From: Elusimicrobiota bacterium
Lineage (GTDB): Bacteria > Elusimicrobiota > Elusimicrobia > F11
Length of the DNA: 64,000 bases
Assembly (NCBI GenBank): GCA_046153645.1
Contig: JBJXGI010000099.1
Span: 1-64,000 of the forward strand
Direction: 5' to 3'
Below are positions 53,485 through 63,400 of this stretch, one piece after another (the stretch's first letter is position 1; every line of letters begins with the position of its first letter). The translations under genes were made by a program, and so were the position numbers. Below the pieces are notes generated by a model. The model was not told where the DNA came from and ran no database searches. It saw only the letters and a list, made by a program, of their open reading frames with translations.

Positions 53485-55024
53485 TTCTGATTTCGAATTT
53501 TCCCACCGAACTCGTCAGCAATCCTGGCAACAACTTAAAGCATCTCAAGAAATCTTAAATGTCCTCATCATCGGTGGTGGAATTGTGGGCGCTGGAATGG
53601 CCAGGGAGTTTGTCATTCACGGAGTTAAAGATGTTTTTCTCGTCGAAAAAAACGACTTTTCTTCAGGGACAAGCTCTGCTTCTAGCAAGTTAATCCATGC
53701 CGGTATCCGGTATTTGGAGTTGGTGTGGATTAAATTAAAAAAAGGTGATATTTCCGGCGCCATCACCAATTTAAAATTTGTTATTGAGGCTTCAAAAGAA
53801 AGAAAGGTTTTGGGGTTTTTAGCCCCTCATCTTGTTAAACCCAAGCCTATTTATATGGTCATTGGAAAGGGTGATCCGCGTTCTCCTTGGGCGGCGGGGT
53901 TGGGAACATGGCTTTATTATTTTATTCAAGTGCTTCAAGGGCAATTTTTTTCTCCACCCTCTTTTTATGTGAGAAAAACGTCAATCCAAAATCGGTTTCC
54001 TGCGCTAAATGTGAATAAAGTCAAAGCTGTTTTTTCTTTTTGGGATTCGGAAACCGATGATTCTCGTTTGGTGTTAGACACTCTTCGTTCGGCTTCAATA
54101 GATGGGGCTTATTGTCTTAATTATGTGGAGGTTGTTTTCTACAAAAAAGAAGGGGATGTTTTTTCTGTCTCACTGAGAAATAATGAGACGAATGAAATAA
54201 TTTTTGTAAAAGCAAAAATTCTTATTAACGCTGGGGGGCCTTTTGTTGATGAGATAAGAAAGTTGAATAAAAATAATAAGGTTCCTGTTTCAAATCTAGT
54301 TGATCGGGTTGAGGGCTGTCATATAGATGTGTTTCCTAAAATAACCGAAGAGTCTTATTATGTTTCAGCGGGGGACGGCCGTCTTATTTTTGTTCTCAAA
54401 CGAAATGAAGATGGGTTTGAATATTCAAGAGTTGGAACCACTGAAAGGGTATTAAGTGAAGGGGAATCTTCGGATGGGATTCATGCGACCCAAAAAGAAA
54501 TTGAATATCTTCTTTCTTCTGTTCGAGAGATGTTCCCTCAAGTTGATTTTGATTCAAGGCGCAAAAAAAATGACGCTGGAATTAGGCCTTTACGCCGTCA
54601 AGATGAATCAAATCCTTTTGAGAAAAATCGTGAACATGACATTATTGAAGAAGAGGGGCTCTTTCATGTTATTGGCGTTAAATTAACTGATTTTCGAAGG
54701 GTGGCTCATGAATTATTTAAAAAGATAGACTGGGAAAAATGGGGAATAAATATTACTAGAATAACTTCTAATATATCTCAAGAAAAGCCCATAAATCCTT
54801 TTCAATCAACTATTTCCTACCCAGAAAAAAACATGAATGATTTTATCGAAAAAACGATGATTCTCCATTGGGACGACTATCTTCGAAGAAGGAAAGGTGC
54901 AAAACCATTATTAGAATGGGGGAACGAAACCAAATTAAAAGAAGATTTTCATATCCTCAAAACAGAAATGGGATGGAATGAGGAAGATGAAAAAAAAGAG
55001 GAATCCCGCGCCCGGGGGAAATAA
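53468..55024 (+). CDS. FAD-dependent oxidoreductase, glycerol-3-phosphate dehydrogenase (GlpD)-like
   Basis: IIGGGIVG, DFSSGTSSASSKLIHAGIRYLE, NAGGPFVD, GTT, AGIRPL. Confidence 0.8.
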   Translation: MPNPASSDFEFSHRTRQQSWQQLKASQEILNVLIIGGGIVGAGMAREFVIHGVKDVFLVEKNDFSSGTSSASSKLIHAGIRYLELVWIKLKKGDISGAITNLKFVIEASKERKVLGFLAPHLVKPKPIYMVIGKGDPRSPWAAGLGTWLYYFIQVLQGQFFSPPSFYVRKTSIQNRFPALNVNKVKAVFSFWDSETDDSRLVLDTLRSASIDGAYCLNYVEVVFYKKEGDVFSVSLRNNETNEIIFVKAKILINAGGPFVDEIRKLNKNNKVPVSNLVDRVEGCHIDVFPKITEESYYVSAGDGRLIFVLKRNEDGFEYSRVGTTERVLSEGESSDGIHATQKEIEYLLSSVREMFPQVDFDSRRKKNDAGIRPLRRQDESNPFEKNREHDIIEEEGLFHVIGVKLTDFRRVAHELFKKIDWEKWGINITRITSNISQEKPINPFQSTISYPEKNMNDFIEKTMILHWDDYLRRRKGAKPLLEWGNETKLKEDFHILKTEMGWNEEDEKKEESRARGK

Positions 55025-55042
55025 AAGCGCGGGATCCTCTTT
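54995..55042. terminator. Intrinsic terminator between convergent genes, likely for the porin and possibly bidirectional
   Basis: AAAGAGGAATCCCGCGC / GCGCGGGATCCTCTTT with one bulged A. The loop holds the glpD-like stop codon. An A-run to the left gives the minus-strand U-tract. Confidence 0.75.
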
Positions 55043-55051
55043 AATCGTTTT

Positions 55052-56179
55052 TTAGAATGACATCAAAAGTTGAAGTGAAGCAGTAGAAGTTGAATCTTTC
55101 GCAACTCCTTTGTCGTTCACCCAAACTTTTTTGTTGGCGGAATCAGATCGGAATTCCGCTCGAGCGGTCACGTTAGGCGTGCATTTCCAGGCTGGAGCGA
55201 TGGTAAAGTTTTTCGCAGCCAAATCTCTGGTCCCTGTTCTGGCTCCCTTGTCATCGTCAAAATATTCTCCTCTAAGGCCTATGGAAAACTTATCAGTCAA
55301 GGTAATCACAGGTTCAATGGCAAACCCACCCCAAGTCGCGCTATCGTCATTGACGGTATCACCATCATTGTCGGCAACTCTTTCCTCATCTCCGTAGTTA
55401 ACTTCAAACCACAAAGCAACTTTAGGAATGATTTTGGTAACGCCTGTGAGATCAACCATATTCCGGTTTACTCCGTCGAGGTCAACTCTAGGAGTGGCAG
55501 CTAATGCGTTGGTTTGCTCTGGGCCATGATATCCACTGAGTGTCAGAGAGAGAGGATCTCCGAAATTAAACCCCAATTTACTGAAATATGTTTTTCCGTT
55601 GTTGTTGTCAGCGGCATTATCCCAACCGTTAACAATACCAGCCATCACTTCGTACTTTTCAGCAAACATTTTGCTTAAAGCAAGTCCGGTATGTGTGAAA
55701 GGAAGCGCGAGACCAAAAAGATAACCGCGAGAAATCGTAGGATTATCTTTGGATTCAATCACTTCTATTCCGCTTGGAGTTGCAAACTTACCAGCTTTCA
55801 AGTTTAGTTTTGTGATGGGGCACATATAGGTAAGATAAGCTTCTTGGATATCAAAATCATCAGAAGCTCCTGAACCCGTTGTTCCGGCTGTGGTTGTAAT
55901 GGCATCTGTTCCCATGTCGAATTCAACGTTGTAGGTGGCGTTTTCTAGTGATCCGAAAATCGCTACATGCGCGTTATGAAGTTCGATGCTATCGTGTCTG
56001 GCATCATAACTTCGAAGAGCGGTTGAATTTGTATTGGGTCTGTTGAAGTCATATTTGTATTGAGTGTCAATGAAACCGTTAAAGCTAGGTCCATCGGCCA
56101 TCAATGTTCCTGCGATAAGTCCGACGGGAATCATCGTTCCAATTACCTTTAGAACGTTCCCCCTGTTTTTTTTAAGCAT
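55052..56179 (-). CDS. Outer-membrane beta-barrel porin (BBP2/DUF1597-like)
   Basis: Signal peptide, QEAYL, AGKFATPSGIEVIES, PFTHTG, VNGWD, RGEYFDD, C-terminal Phe. GGAGG SD supports ATG 56179. Confidence 0.8.
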   Translation of the reverse strand: MLKKNRGNVLKVIGTMIPVGLIAGTLMADGPSFNGFIDTQYKYDFNRPNTNSTALRSYDARHDSIELHNAHVAIFGSLENATYNVEFDMGTDAITTTAGTTGSGASDDFDIQEAYLTYMCPITKLNLKAGKFATPSGIEVIESKDNPTISRGYLFGLALPFTHTGLALSKMFAEKYEVMAGIVNGWDNAADNNNGKTYFSKLGFNFGDPLSLTLSGYHGPEQTNALAATPRVDLDGVNRNMVDLTGVTKIIPKVALWFEVNYGDEERVADNDGDTVNDDSATWGGFAIEPVITLTDKFSIGLRGEYFDDDKGARTGTRDLAAKNFTIAPAWKCTPNVTARAEFRSDSANKKVWVNDKGVAKDSTSTASLQLLMSF

Positions 56180-56245
56180 GTGTCTTGCCTCCTGATTTGC
56201 AAGTTTATCGCGCGCTTTTGAAATGTGTCCCCCGTTGGCTGGCAC

Positions 56246-56317
56246 AAAAAAAAAGACCTCCTAGAAATAATATCCAGAAGGCCTCAGTGCCAAATCCAAC
56301 GCCACGTCATTGCGGCG
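56246..56317 (-). promoter_or_regulatory. ANTAR-type dual hexaloop motif overlapping an intrinsic terminator
   Basis: Minus strand: CGCCGC-AATGAC-GTGGCG, 8 nt, GGC-ACTGAG-GCC. The second stem overlaps the terminator GGCCTTCTGGA-TATTATT-TCTAGGAGGTC-T9. Confidence 0.8.
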
Positions 56318-56409
56318 AATTGGTCAATAGATACAAAACAAATTGATCAAGTGTCAATAAATTTTATTTTTGGTTTCATTTTTTTTGACGATGTGATATT
56401 GTTACCGTC

Positions 56410-56856
56410 ATGGAAGTTTTGGAAAACCTAACCCAACACATTCAAGAAGCCTCTGACCTTATTGTCGCGTTAAAGGCGGAAAAAGCATTTCTATATAATG
56501 AACTCGAAAAGCGACGTTCTTCTCCTCAGTCGGATGCCCTTATTGATGAAGCTCAACAGCAAATTGCCCAACTCAAAGCTGAAAAATCTCGGTTGTCTTT
56601 AGAAATAGAAAAAAAACAATCTGCCCAACAGAGCGAATTTTTAAGAAACCAAAAACTAGAAGAAGATATGACTGGTTTGCGAATTGAAAATAGGCAGATT
56701 CAACAGTTGATTAGAGAAAATCAACGGCTTCTACAAGAAAGAGAAAAATTAAGAGTTCGTTTGGACAAACTGAGCCGGAAAATAGACAAACTTATGTTTC
56801 AGTCACCGGTACTTGTTCATTCATTAGAAGGAGGCTTAAATGAAGAGCCTTCATAG
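56410..56856 (+). CDS. Coiled-coil protein, ZapB-like by position
   Basis: Heptad-rich, directly upstream of and overlapping zapA. Confidence 0.55.
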   Translation: MEVLENLTQHIQEASDLIVALKAEKAFLYNELEKRRSSPQSDALIDEAQQQIAQLKAEKSRLSLEIEKKQSAQQSEFLRNQKLEEDMTGLRIENRQIQQLIRENQRLLQEREKLRVRLDKLSRKIDKLMFQSPVLVHSLEGGLNEEPS

Positions 56857-57139
56857 CGATAGAGTTCGGGTACAGATTTTTGGCAGAGAATATGAAATGG
56901 ATTCTGGTGGGCTTACTCCATTAGAATTACAAAGCATCGCCGGTATTGTTGATGAAAAGATGCGAGAAATTGCTGATAATTCTGGAATTGTAGATACACA
57001 AAAAGTGGCTGTTTTAGCCGCCGTTAATATTGCTTTTGAATACCAACAAATGAGAGAAAATTCTAAGGGGAGTATTTCTCTTATCGAACCTCAACTTGAA
57101 AGGTTAGATAAAGTTCTCGTTGAAGCCATCTCTAAATAA
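56840..57139 (+). CDS. zapA: Cell division protein ZapA
   Basis: VQIFGREY, VDEKMREI, AVLAAVNIA. Confidence 0.9.
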   Translation: MKSLHSDRVRVQIFGREYEMDSGGLTPLELQSIAGIVDEKMREIADNSGIVDTQKVAVLAAVNIAFEYQQMRENSKGSISLIEPQLERLDKVLVEAISK

Positions 57140-57141
57140 AA

Positions 57142-58473
57142 ATGGAACTTTTCGAGCAAGTTCAAGCTCCTAAACCCACCGCTCAAAACAATTCTCAAAA
57201 TCCTTTAGCCCTTAAAATGGCTCCCCAAGACTGGGACGATTTTGTAGGGCAAGAACATATTATTCGTCCTCAAAGCTTATTAAGACGCGCCATCGACGCT
57301 GATCGATTGGGATCATGTTTATTTTTTGGCCCTCCAGGAACAGGAAAAACCGCTTTGGCTCGATTGGCCGCAAAAAAATCCAATGCCGCTATCGAATATG
57401 TTAATGCGGTCACCGCTGGTGTGGCTGAGCTTCGCAGTGTGGTTAAACGCGCCATTGAACGCCGAAAACTAAACCAGCAGCGCACGCTTTTAATTGTCGA
57501 TGAAATCCATCATTTTAACCGCACTCAACAAGACGCCCTTCTTCCAGATGTTGAAAGAGGAAACTTAACTCTGATCGGTCTAACTTCTGAAAACCCTTTT
57601 TATTATGTTAATGCGGCTCTTACTTCTCGCTCAACGGCTTTTGAATTTAAACCTTTAACATTAAGTCATTTGAAACTTATTTTAAATCGGACTCTTGAAG
57701 ATAAAAATAAAGGGCTTGGAAATTTAACCATTGAAATAACTGAAGACGCAGAAAATCATTTGTTATCAACAGCGGAGGGAGATGCTCGTCGACTCTTAAA
57801 TGCGCTTGAGTTGGCGGTATTAACCACCAACACTGAATCTGATGGAAAAATACTTTTGAATCTTCAAGTGATTGAAGAGTCTACTCAAAAACGCCCCATT
57901 CGTTATGACCGTGCGGGTGATGAGCATTACGACACTATTTCTGCTTTCATTAAATCAATGCGGGGCAGTGACCCTGATGCGGCCTTGTATTGGTTGGCCA
58001 AAATGTTGGGGGCGGGGGAAGATCCTCGTTTTATAGCGCGGCGTATCATGATTTTGGCATCAGAAGACATTGGTAACGCCGATCCTCGTGCTTTGCAAGT
58101 GGCTCTGGCGGCCGCGCAAGTGGTTGAAATCATTGGGATGCCTGAGGCGCGAATTACTTTGGCTCAAGCTGTAACCTATGTTTCTACAGCGCCCAAATCA
58201 AATGCTTCTTATGTCGCGCTCGGAAAAGCAGAACAAGAAATTTTAAAAGGTCACCGCCGAGAAGTTCCAAACGCCCTTAAAGATGGAAGTCGCGATAAAA
58301 ATGCGCGTCAACATGGGGTTGAATATTTATATCCGCATAATTTTCCAGGACATCATGTCAGACAAGTTCACCTTCCAAATTGGGTTCCCTTTTATGAGCC
58401 AACTGGACAGGGATATGAAGCTGAAATTAAAATAAGGTTGGAACAGTGGCGAAAAAACAATCCACAGAAATAG
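57142..58473 (+). CDS. rarA: Replication-associated recombination protein A
   Basis: GPPGTGKT, DEIHHFN, ENP, GDARR, SAFIKSMRGSDPDAA, ASEDIGNADP. Confidence 0.95.
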   Translation: MELFEQVQAPKPTAQNNSQNPLALKMAPQDWDDFVGQEHIIRPQSLLRRAIDADRLGSCLFFGPPGTGKTALARLAAKKSNAAIEYVNAVTAGVAELRSVVKRAIERRKLNQQRTLLIVDEIHHFNRTQQDALLPDVERGNLTLIGLTSENPFYYVNAALTSRSTAFEFKPLTLSHLKLILNRTLEDKNKGLGNLTIEITEDAENHLLSTAEGDARRLLNALELAVLTTNTESDGKILLNLQVIEESTQKRPIRYDRAGDEHYDTISAFIKSMRGSDPDAALYWLAKMLGAGEDPRFIARRIMILASEDIGNADPRALQVALAAAQVVEIIGMPEARITLAQAVTYVSTAPKSNASYVALGKAEQEILKGHRREVPNALKDGSRDKNARQHGVEYLYPHNFPGHHVRQVHLPNWVPFYEPTGQGYEAEIKIRLEQWRKNNPQK

Positions 58474-59024
58474 ATATTAAAGAAATGAAGCGTTGGCTTC
58501 GAATTTATTTAATTAAAATTCGACAATCGATTCCCGAAAAAAAAAGAAAGATATCCAGTCAAGAAATTATTCAACAGTTTTTAAAATCTTCTTATTATAA
58601 GAAAGCCAAAACAATTGCCACGTTTATTGGATTTGCTAGCGAGGTTGACACCTGGCCCCTTATTGAAAAAGCCTGGAAAGATTCTAAAAATGTTCTCATC
58701 CCGGTTACAGATCGAGGTTTTCATGAACCTTATTTCGCCCTCCTTAAAAAAAGCGATCGATTGAAAAAAACGTCACAGGGGCCTTTGGAATTTGCAGATA
58801 TTAAACCTCCTTTTCACTTAAAAAAAATTGATGTTGTTATCGTTCCTGGCCTCGGTTTTGATTCTAACGGGTATCGGATCGGCTACGGAGGGGGAGTTTA
58901 CGACCGTATCCTGTTGAAAACCCCAAAAGCTCACCACATTGGTTTTTTCTTTAAAGAACAAAAACTTCATGCCATTCCCCGCGAAAAACACGACCTACCA
59001 CTAGATTTGGTTATTGACGCTTAG
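58446..59024 (+). CDS. 5-formyltetrahydrofolate cyclo-ligase
   Basis: EVDT, IVPGLGFD, RIGYGGGVYDR, HD. Confidence 0.92.
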   Translation: MAKKQSTEIDIKEMKRWLRIYLIKIRQSIPEKKRKISSQEIIQQFLKSSYYKKAKTIATFIGFASEVDTWPLIEKAWKDSKNVLIPVTDRGFHEPYFALLKKSDRLKKTSQGPLEFADIKPPFHLKKIDVVIVPGLGFDSNGYRIGYGGGVYDRILLKTPKAHHIGFFFKEQKLHAIPREKHDLPLDLVIDA

Positions 59025-59056
59025 TAGCTTGTAAGCTACAATTCTTTTATTGTTTT

Positions 59057-59279
59057 ATGAATGTTATAAATCGGGCTGTTCAGTATTATCTCCTCCCAAA
59101 CGGACGTTCACCTTTTTTAGAATGGTTGGAGAACATTTCTGATCTTCGAACGCATCAAATTATTACTGCCCGTTTGACCCGCCTTCAAAAAGGCCTTTTG
59201 GGGCATTGTAGGTTTGTTGGAAGTGGATATTTTATGGGAAGAATTTTCGAGGAGACTAAAAAATGAAACTAACCGGTGA
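59057..59279 (+). pseudogene. RelE/ParE-superfamily addiction-module killer toxin, internally deleted
   Basis: Y...GRSPFLEWL...I.ARL.RL..G..G....VG.G, then it stops early. The ELRI/GYRVY/GGDK core is absent. A C-terminus-like LWEEFSRR lies in another frame. Confidence 0.65.
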
Positions 59280-59580
59280 CTATAAAGAATATTTGTTGAA
59301 TCGCTTGAAAGATGAATCTTATGCAATTGGTTATCTCAATGAGTGTTTAAAAGATGGGGATGAGAGTGTGTTTCTCCTTGCTTTACGAAACGTAGCTGAG
59401 GCACAAGGTGGGTTAAAGAAATTAGCCGCCAAAGCCAACTTAAATCGTGAGCATTTATTTCGAATGCTATCGAAAAATGGGAACCCCTATTGGAAAAATG
59501 TTCGAGAACTTGCACATGTTTTTGGCTGGCGACTTGAATTTGTTCCAGAATCAGCGCATAAAAAACGAAAAGCAGCTTAA
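59263..59580 (+). CDS. Addiction-module antidote protein (HTH antitoxin)
   Basis: YLNECL, FLLALRNVAEAQGG...LA...LNREHLFRMLSKNGNP. Confidence 0.88.
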   Translation: MKLTGDYKEYLLNRLKDESYAIGYLNECLKDGDESVFLLALRNVAEAQGGLKKLAAKANLNREHLFRMLSKNGNPYWKNVRELAHVFGWRLEFVPESAHKKRKAA

Positions 59581-59593
59581 TAAAACTCCTGTT

Positions 59594-60019
59594 TTACTCG
59601 CTCCAAGGATCAAAAAACTCAATTCCAGTTTTCTCTATATCTTTTGTATTCCTTGTTACGAGTGTAAGGTGATGGTGAAAAGCCGTTGCGACAAGAAGTC
59701 CGTCTATAACACAAACAAGTGATCCTTTTGATTCCATAAAAGCGTCCAATTGCCCCCACCGGTCAACAATGTCATAAGTTATAGGAAGAACGCGTTTTTC
59801 AAAACGATAAATAAGATCTGTTTCAATCCATGATTCAATTTCAACTCGACGACGAGAGGATGGAATGCGTGAGGCTCCTTTGCGAATTTCTCCTATGGTT
59901 AGAACGCTTAAATAAAGTAACTCTTCCGGAGTTTTTTTAATCCAGTCAATAACAGAATCTTTTGGAGTTGATTTGATAAGTTCAGAAATTACATTAGTAT
60001 CAATGAGAAATCCACTCAT
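59594..60019 (-). CDS. vapC: VapC PIN-domain toxin
   Basis: LIDTNVISE, SVLTIGEI, DGLLVATA, LVTRNTKD, DPW. Confidence 0.92.
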   Translation of the reverse strand: MSGFLIDTNVISELIKSTPKDSVIDWIKKTPEELLYLSVLTIGEIRKGASRIPSSRRRVEIESWIETDLIYRFEKRVLPITYDIVDRWGQLDAFMESKGSLVCVIDGLLVATAFHHHLTLVTRNTKDIEKTGIEFFDPWSE

Positions 60020-60312
60020 AAATCGATTTTTCTCCCCAAATCCTTTGTTCGTTCCAATGAAATTTCTGTTAAGGGGGATGTTCCAAAAAATTCAGTTAGG
60101 TCTTTTTTTTGCGATTCTCGATGAGTAAGTAAATCAAAGTATTCAGAAGAAATGAGGACAACGGCCTCTTTTCCCTGTTTTGTGATCCGCTGCGGGCCTT
60201 CCGATCTAACCAATCGAAATAATTCGCTAAAGCGAGCCTTGGCCAATTGTAATTGCCAAACGTGGCCTTGTTTTTCTGATTGATAAAGCAGCTTCTTTTT
60301 GTTGTTCTTCAT
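60016..60312 (-). CDS. Phd/YefM-family antitoxin
   Basis: WQLQLAKARFSEL...GPQRITKQGKEAVVLIS. Overlaps the vapC start by 4 nt. Confidence 0.9.
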   Translation of the reverse strand: MKNNKKKLLYQSEKQGHVWQLQLAKARFSELFRLVRSEGPQRITKQGKEAVVLISSEYFDLLTHRESQKKDLTEFFGTSPLTEISLERTKDLGRKIDL

Positions 60313-60327
60313 CTTTTACCTCCAAAA

Positions 60328-60344
60328 CTAGTCAGACTGACCAG
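60328..60344. promoter_or_regulatory. Probable autorepression operator of the Phd-VapC operon
   Basis: CTAGTCAG-A-CTGACCAG inverted repeat (7/8) between a minus-strand TTGACA (60362-60357) and the SD. Confidence 0.55.
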
Positions 60345-60476
60345 ATTAGTATGGCATGTCAACTCTAAAACGACAAGTTTAAACTTTTACAACAATGTTT
60401 CAACTTCTTAAGGGCTTTTTAATGTTAAATCTGTAATATTCTTCTTGTAGTTAAAATAAAAAAAGAGGTTACTGAT

Positions 60477-63400
60477 ATGAACGTGTTTAAAAAAATACTT
60501 AGAAGAACGATGATACAAAAGCATCTTTTACCCAGTATCGCGCGACTTTTATCTTTCACCTTTATATTCACGAATATTGCTTTTAGTTATAAACCAGCGA
60601 TAGCAGCCAACGAGAATATATGGAGTGAACGAAAAAAATCATATCAAGTAGCAGCTTTACCAGAAAACTTGCTCATGCAGACACCCGCGGTAACTTCTCC
60701 TATTAATTCTGTTGCTACTTTGGAAAATACATCTCCTTTTGAAAAAGAAGCGCAAAAAATTGTCAATTTACCTGTTTCTTTTTTACAGCATGTTAATGTC
60801 CGCGAAGTGTACCGTTCAGGGCAAGGTGCTCCTGTTATTATTATGGAAGATGTCCATGCCAATGTTGAGGCTCAGACCCGTTTATCGGAAGCCTTAAAAG
60901 CCATTGCTAAACAAAAAGGAGACGCTCCTATTTTGGTTGGTTTAGAAGGCGCCAATGGAAAATTTATTTACGACCTTTATCAAAAACTTCCCAATAAAGA
61001 ACTTGCTATTCAAGTGGCTGATTCATTTATGAAGTCAGGTGAAATTAGTGGCCCAGCCCATGCGGGTTTTACCACCTATCCTGAAAAAGGATTAAAAGGG
61101 CTTACCTTTTGGGGAATTGATGACAAAAAACTTTATCGTGAAAATTTAGACGCTTACCGGTCTTCTCATAAATCAAAAAATAAAGTTGTCGCTCAAATTA
61201 ACACGCTTCGAGACTCTATTAATAAGGAGAAACAAAAAACCTTAAACCCCGATTTGAAAAAGTTTGACGATGTTGTGACGGCCTATCATTTGGGACAGCT
61301 TCAAATGGGCGAATATGTTGAAGCGCTGGTAAAATACAATTTGCCAACTTCGCTTACCATTGACGTGTTTCATCAGGCCTATCAAATGGAAACATCGCTT
61401 GATTTCAATAAAGTAGAACAAGAAAGAGCCAAAGTAATTGAAGCTTTGGTCTCAAAAATGTCCAAACCAGAACTTGAAACATTAACACAGGTGAGTTTGG
61501 GTTACCAGGAAGGAACCGTTTCATTTGCCCAATATTATGCCCATCTTAAGAAAATGTGTGAAAATGCCGGTGTTTCCTTAGCAGCAACCCCTGATTTCGA
61601 CAACTATATTCGTTATGTTCTTATGTCAGATGGAATTGCAGTTGAAAAGTTGATTCTTGATCTTCGTCAATTAGAAAACGATATTTACGCAATTCTTATT
61701 AAATCAAATGAAGAAAAAGACCTTATTAATAAAGCCAAACATGTAAACCTGATGAAAGATTTATCTAACTTCTCTTTGAGCGCTTATCAGTGGGCTGATT
61801 ATAAAACCGGTAACGTTAAAGCTGAAGATAATATTGATATGAGCGTTTTTGAGAAGTTTTATGAAGCCGCGGACGCGAGAAATAATGCCTTGGTTCAAAA
61901 CCTCAATCAAAAAATAGCCTCTTTAGATAAAAACTCAAACCCCGCTGTCATGGTTATGGGGGGGTATCACACGTTAGGTGTGAAAGACCTTTTAAAACAA
62001 AAAAAGATTTCCTACATCATTGCCACGCCCAAATTATCAGAGATTGATGAAAATGAAACAGGTTCTTCTTATTTATCTGTATTCGACCGAGAAAAAAGTT
62101 CTTTAGATGAACTTTTCTCAGGAAAGAAATTGTTTATGGTGGATACCCCTGCCGGGTCGGTTGATCCATTAAACCCAATAGCGACCAATATGGCAGCAAA
62201 AATGACTTTATTTCAAATGCTGTTGGTTGAAGCTGGAAAAGGAGGCGATGGAGTTATTAGTGAAACTGCTTTAAATGTCTTCCAACAAATCGCTAATTTG
62301 AGTCTTTATGCGGTTCAATTAAAAAGAGGTAACAACGATTCCGTGGAAATCACTTTTAAAGTTTCGGATAGAAATGTCAGCATATTGCTGTCTCCAATAC
62401 AAGAAGGTGAATCCGTCGATACAAGGGCCACAGTTATTAATAATTATCAGGTCGGAACATCAGAAGGAGATTCAGCTTTATTAGAGGATGTATTAAATGC
62501 GCTGAAGCTTACTGTTCCTCAAGTCGATACTAACGGAACAACTTCCGAAAAAAATCCTCGTAAAGGTTCAGCAGCTCTTGCGCTCGCATTAGTCGCAGCG
62601 GTTCCAGGAGTCGTTATTTTGAGTCCTCTTTTTGGCAGTGTATTTGAAGTGCTCAGTTGGAAGCTTATTCCTGCAATAGTATTGACTGCACTTTTAGTTT
62701 GGGGAATTTTAATTGTTCTTCGAAAGACCCCCGAGCAGCGTGCGGATGCCATTTCCTCAGAAAAATTAGAAAAGGCGATTGCTGAAGCGGCTAGGTTAAG
62801 TGAAGTGGATGTTAAAGAAATGGGGCGTCTGTTAAAATCAACTGACAAAGACGACAAAGCCGCTCTAGCCAAAATAATTCAAAAATATAATCAGAAAGTA
62901 GGCGGGTTAGATGCTGTCATTGCTAACCGAACTGTCGAGGAAACAGTTCCTGAAATGGTGACCATCAAAGACACTTTGACGGATGCTGAGCAAGAAGCAC
63001 AATTCAATGCTATTGCTTCAGGTAAAAGAGGATGGATTGTGTTTGCAGGAGGAGCTGCCAGCCGGTTAGATCCCAAAGGGATTTTTGCTTCCTTAGGTTT
63101 AGGTGGACTTACGGGGAAAATTTTAAAGAAAATGAAAGACTTGGGACTTAGTGCAGAAGACCTTAAAAGAGAGTTACCTACTGATGCTTTTTCAGATCTC
63201 ATTGATCGCGCTCAAAAGGGAGTTGTAGAAGATTTAGACGATTTGAGTCTTATTCAACGCCAAATTCTCAGATTGCAAACTCAAGTAACAGAATTGTATG
63301 AGAAATTTGGGGAAAAAAGCGGAATGAAATTGGAAGACGTTCTCTCCAAATTAACGATTGATGTCACTGTTAATGCTGAGAACATAGATGCTGTTGTCGC

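Noticed and set aside
56343..56357. FNR-like site in the porin promoter (minus strand TTGAC-N5-ATCAA)
   Set aside because: The spacing is 5 rather than 4 nt, and TTGACA is more simply a -35 box.
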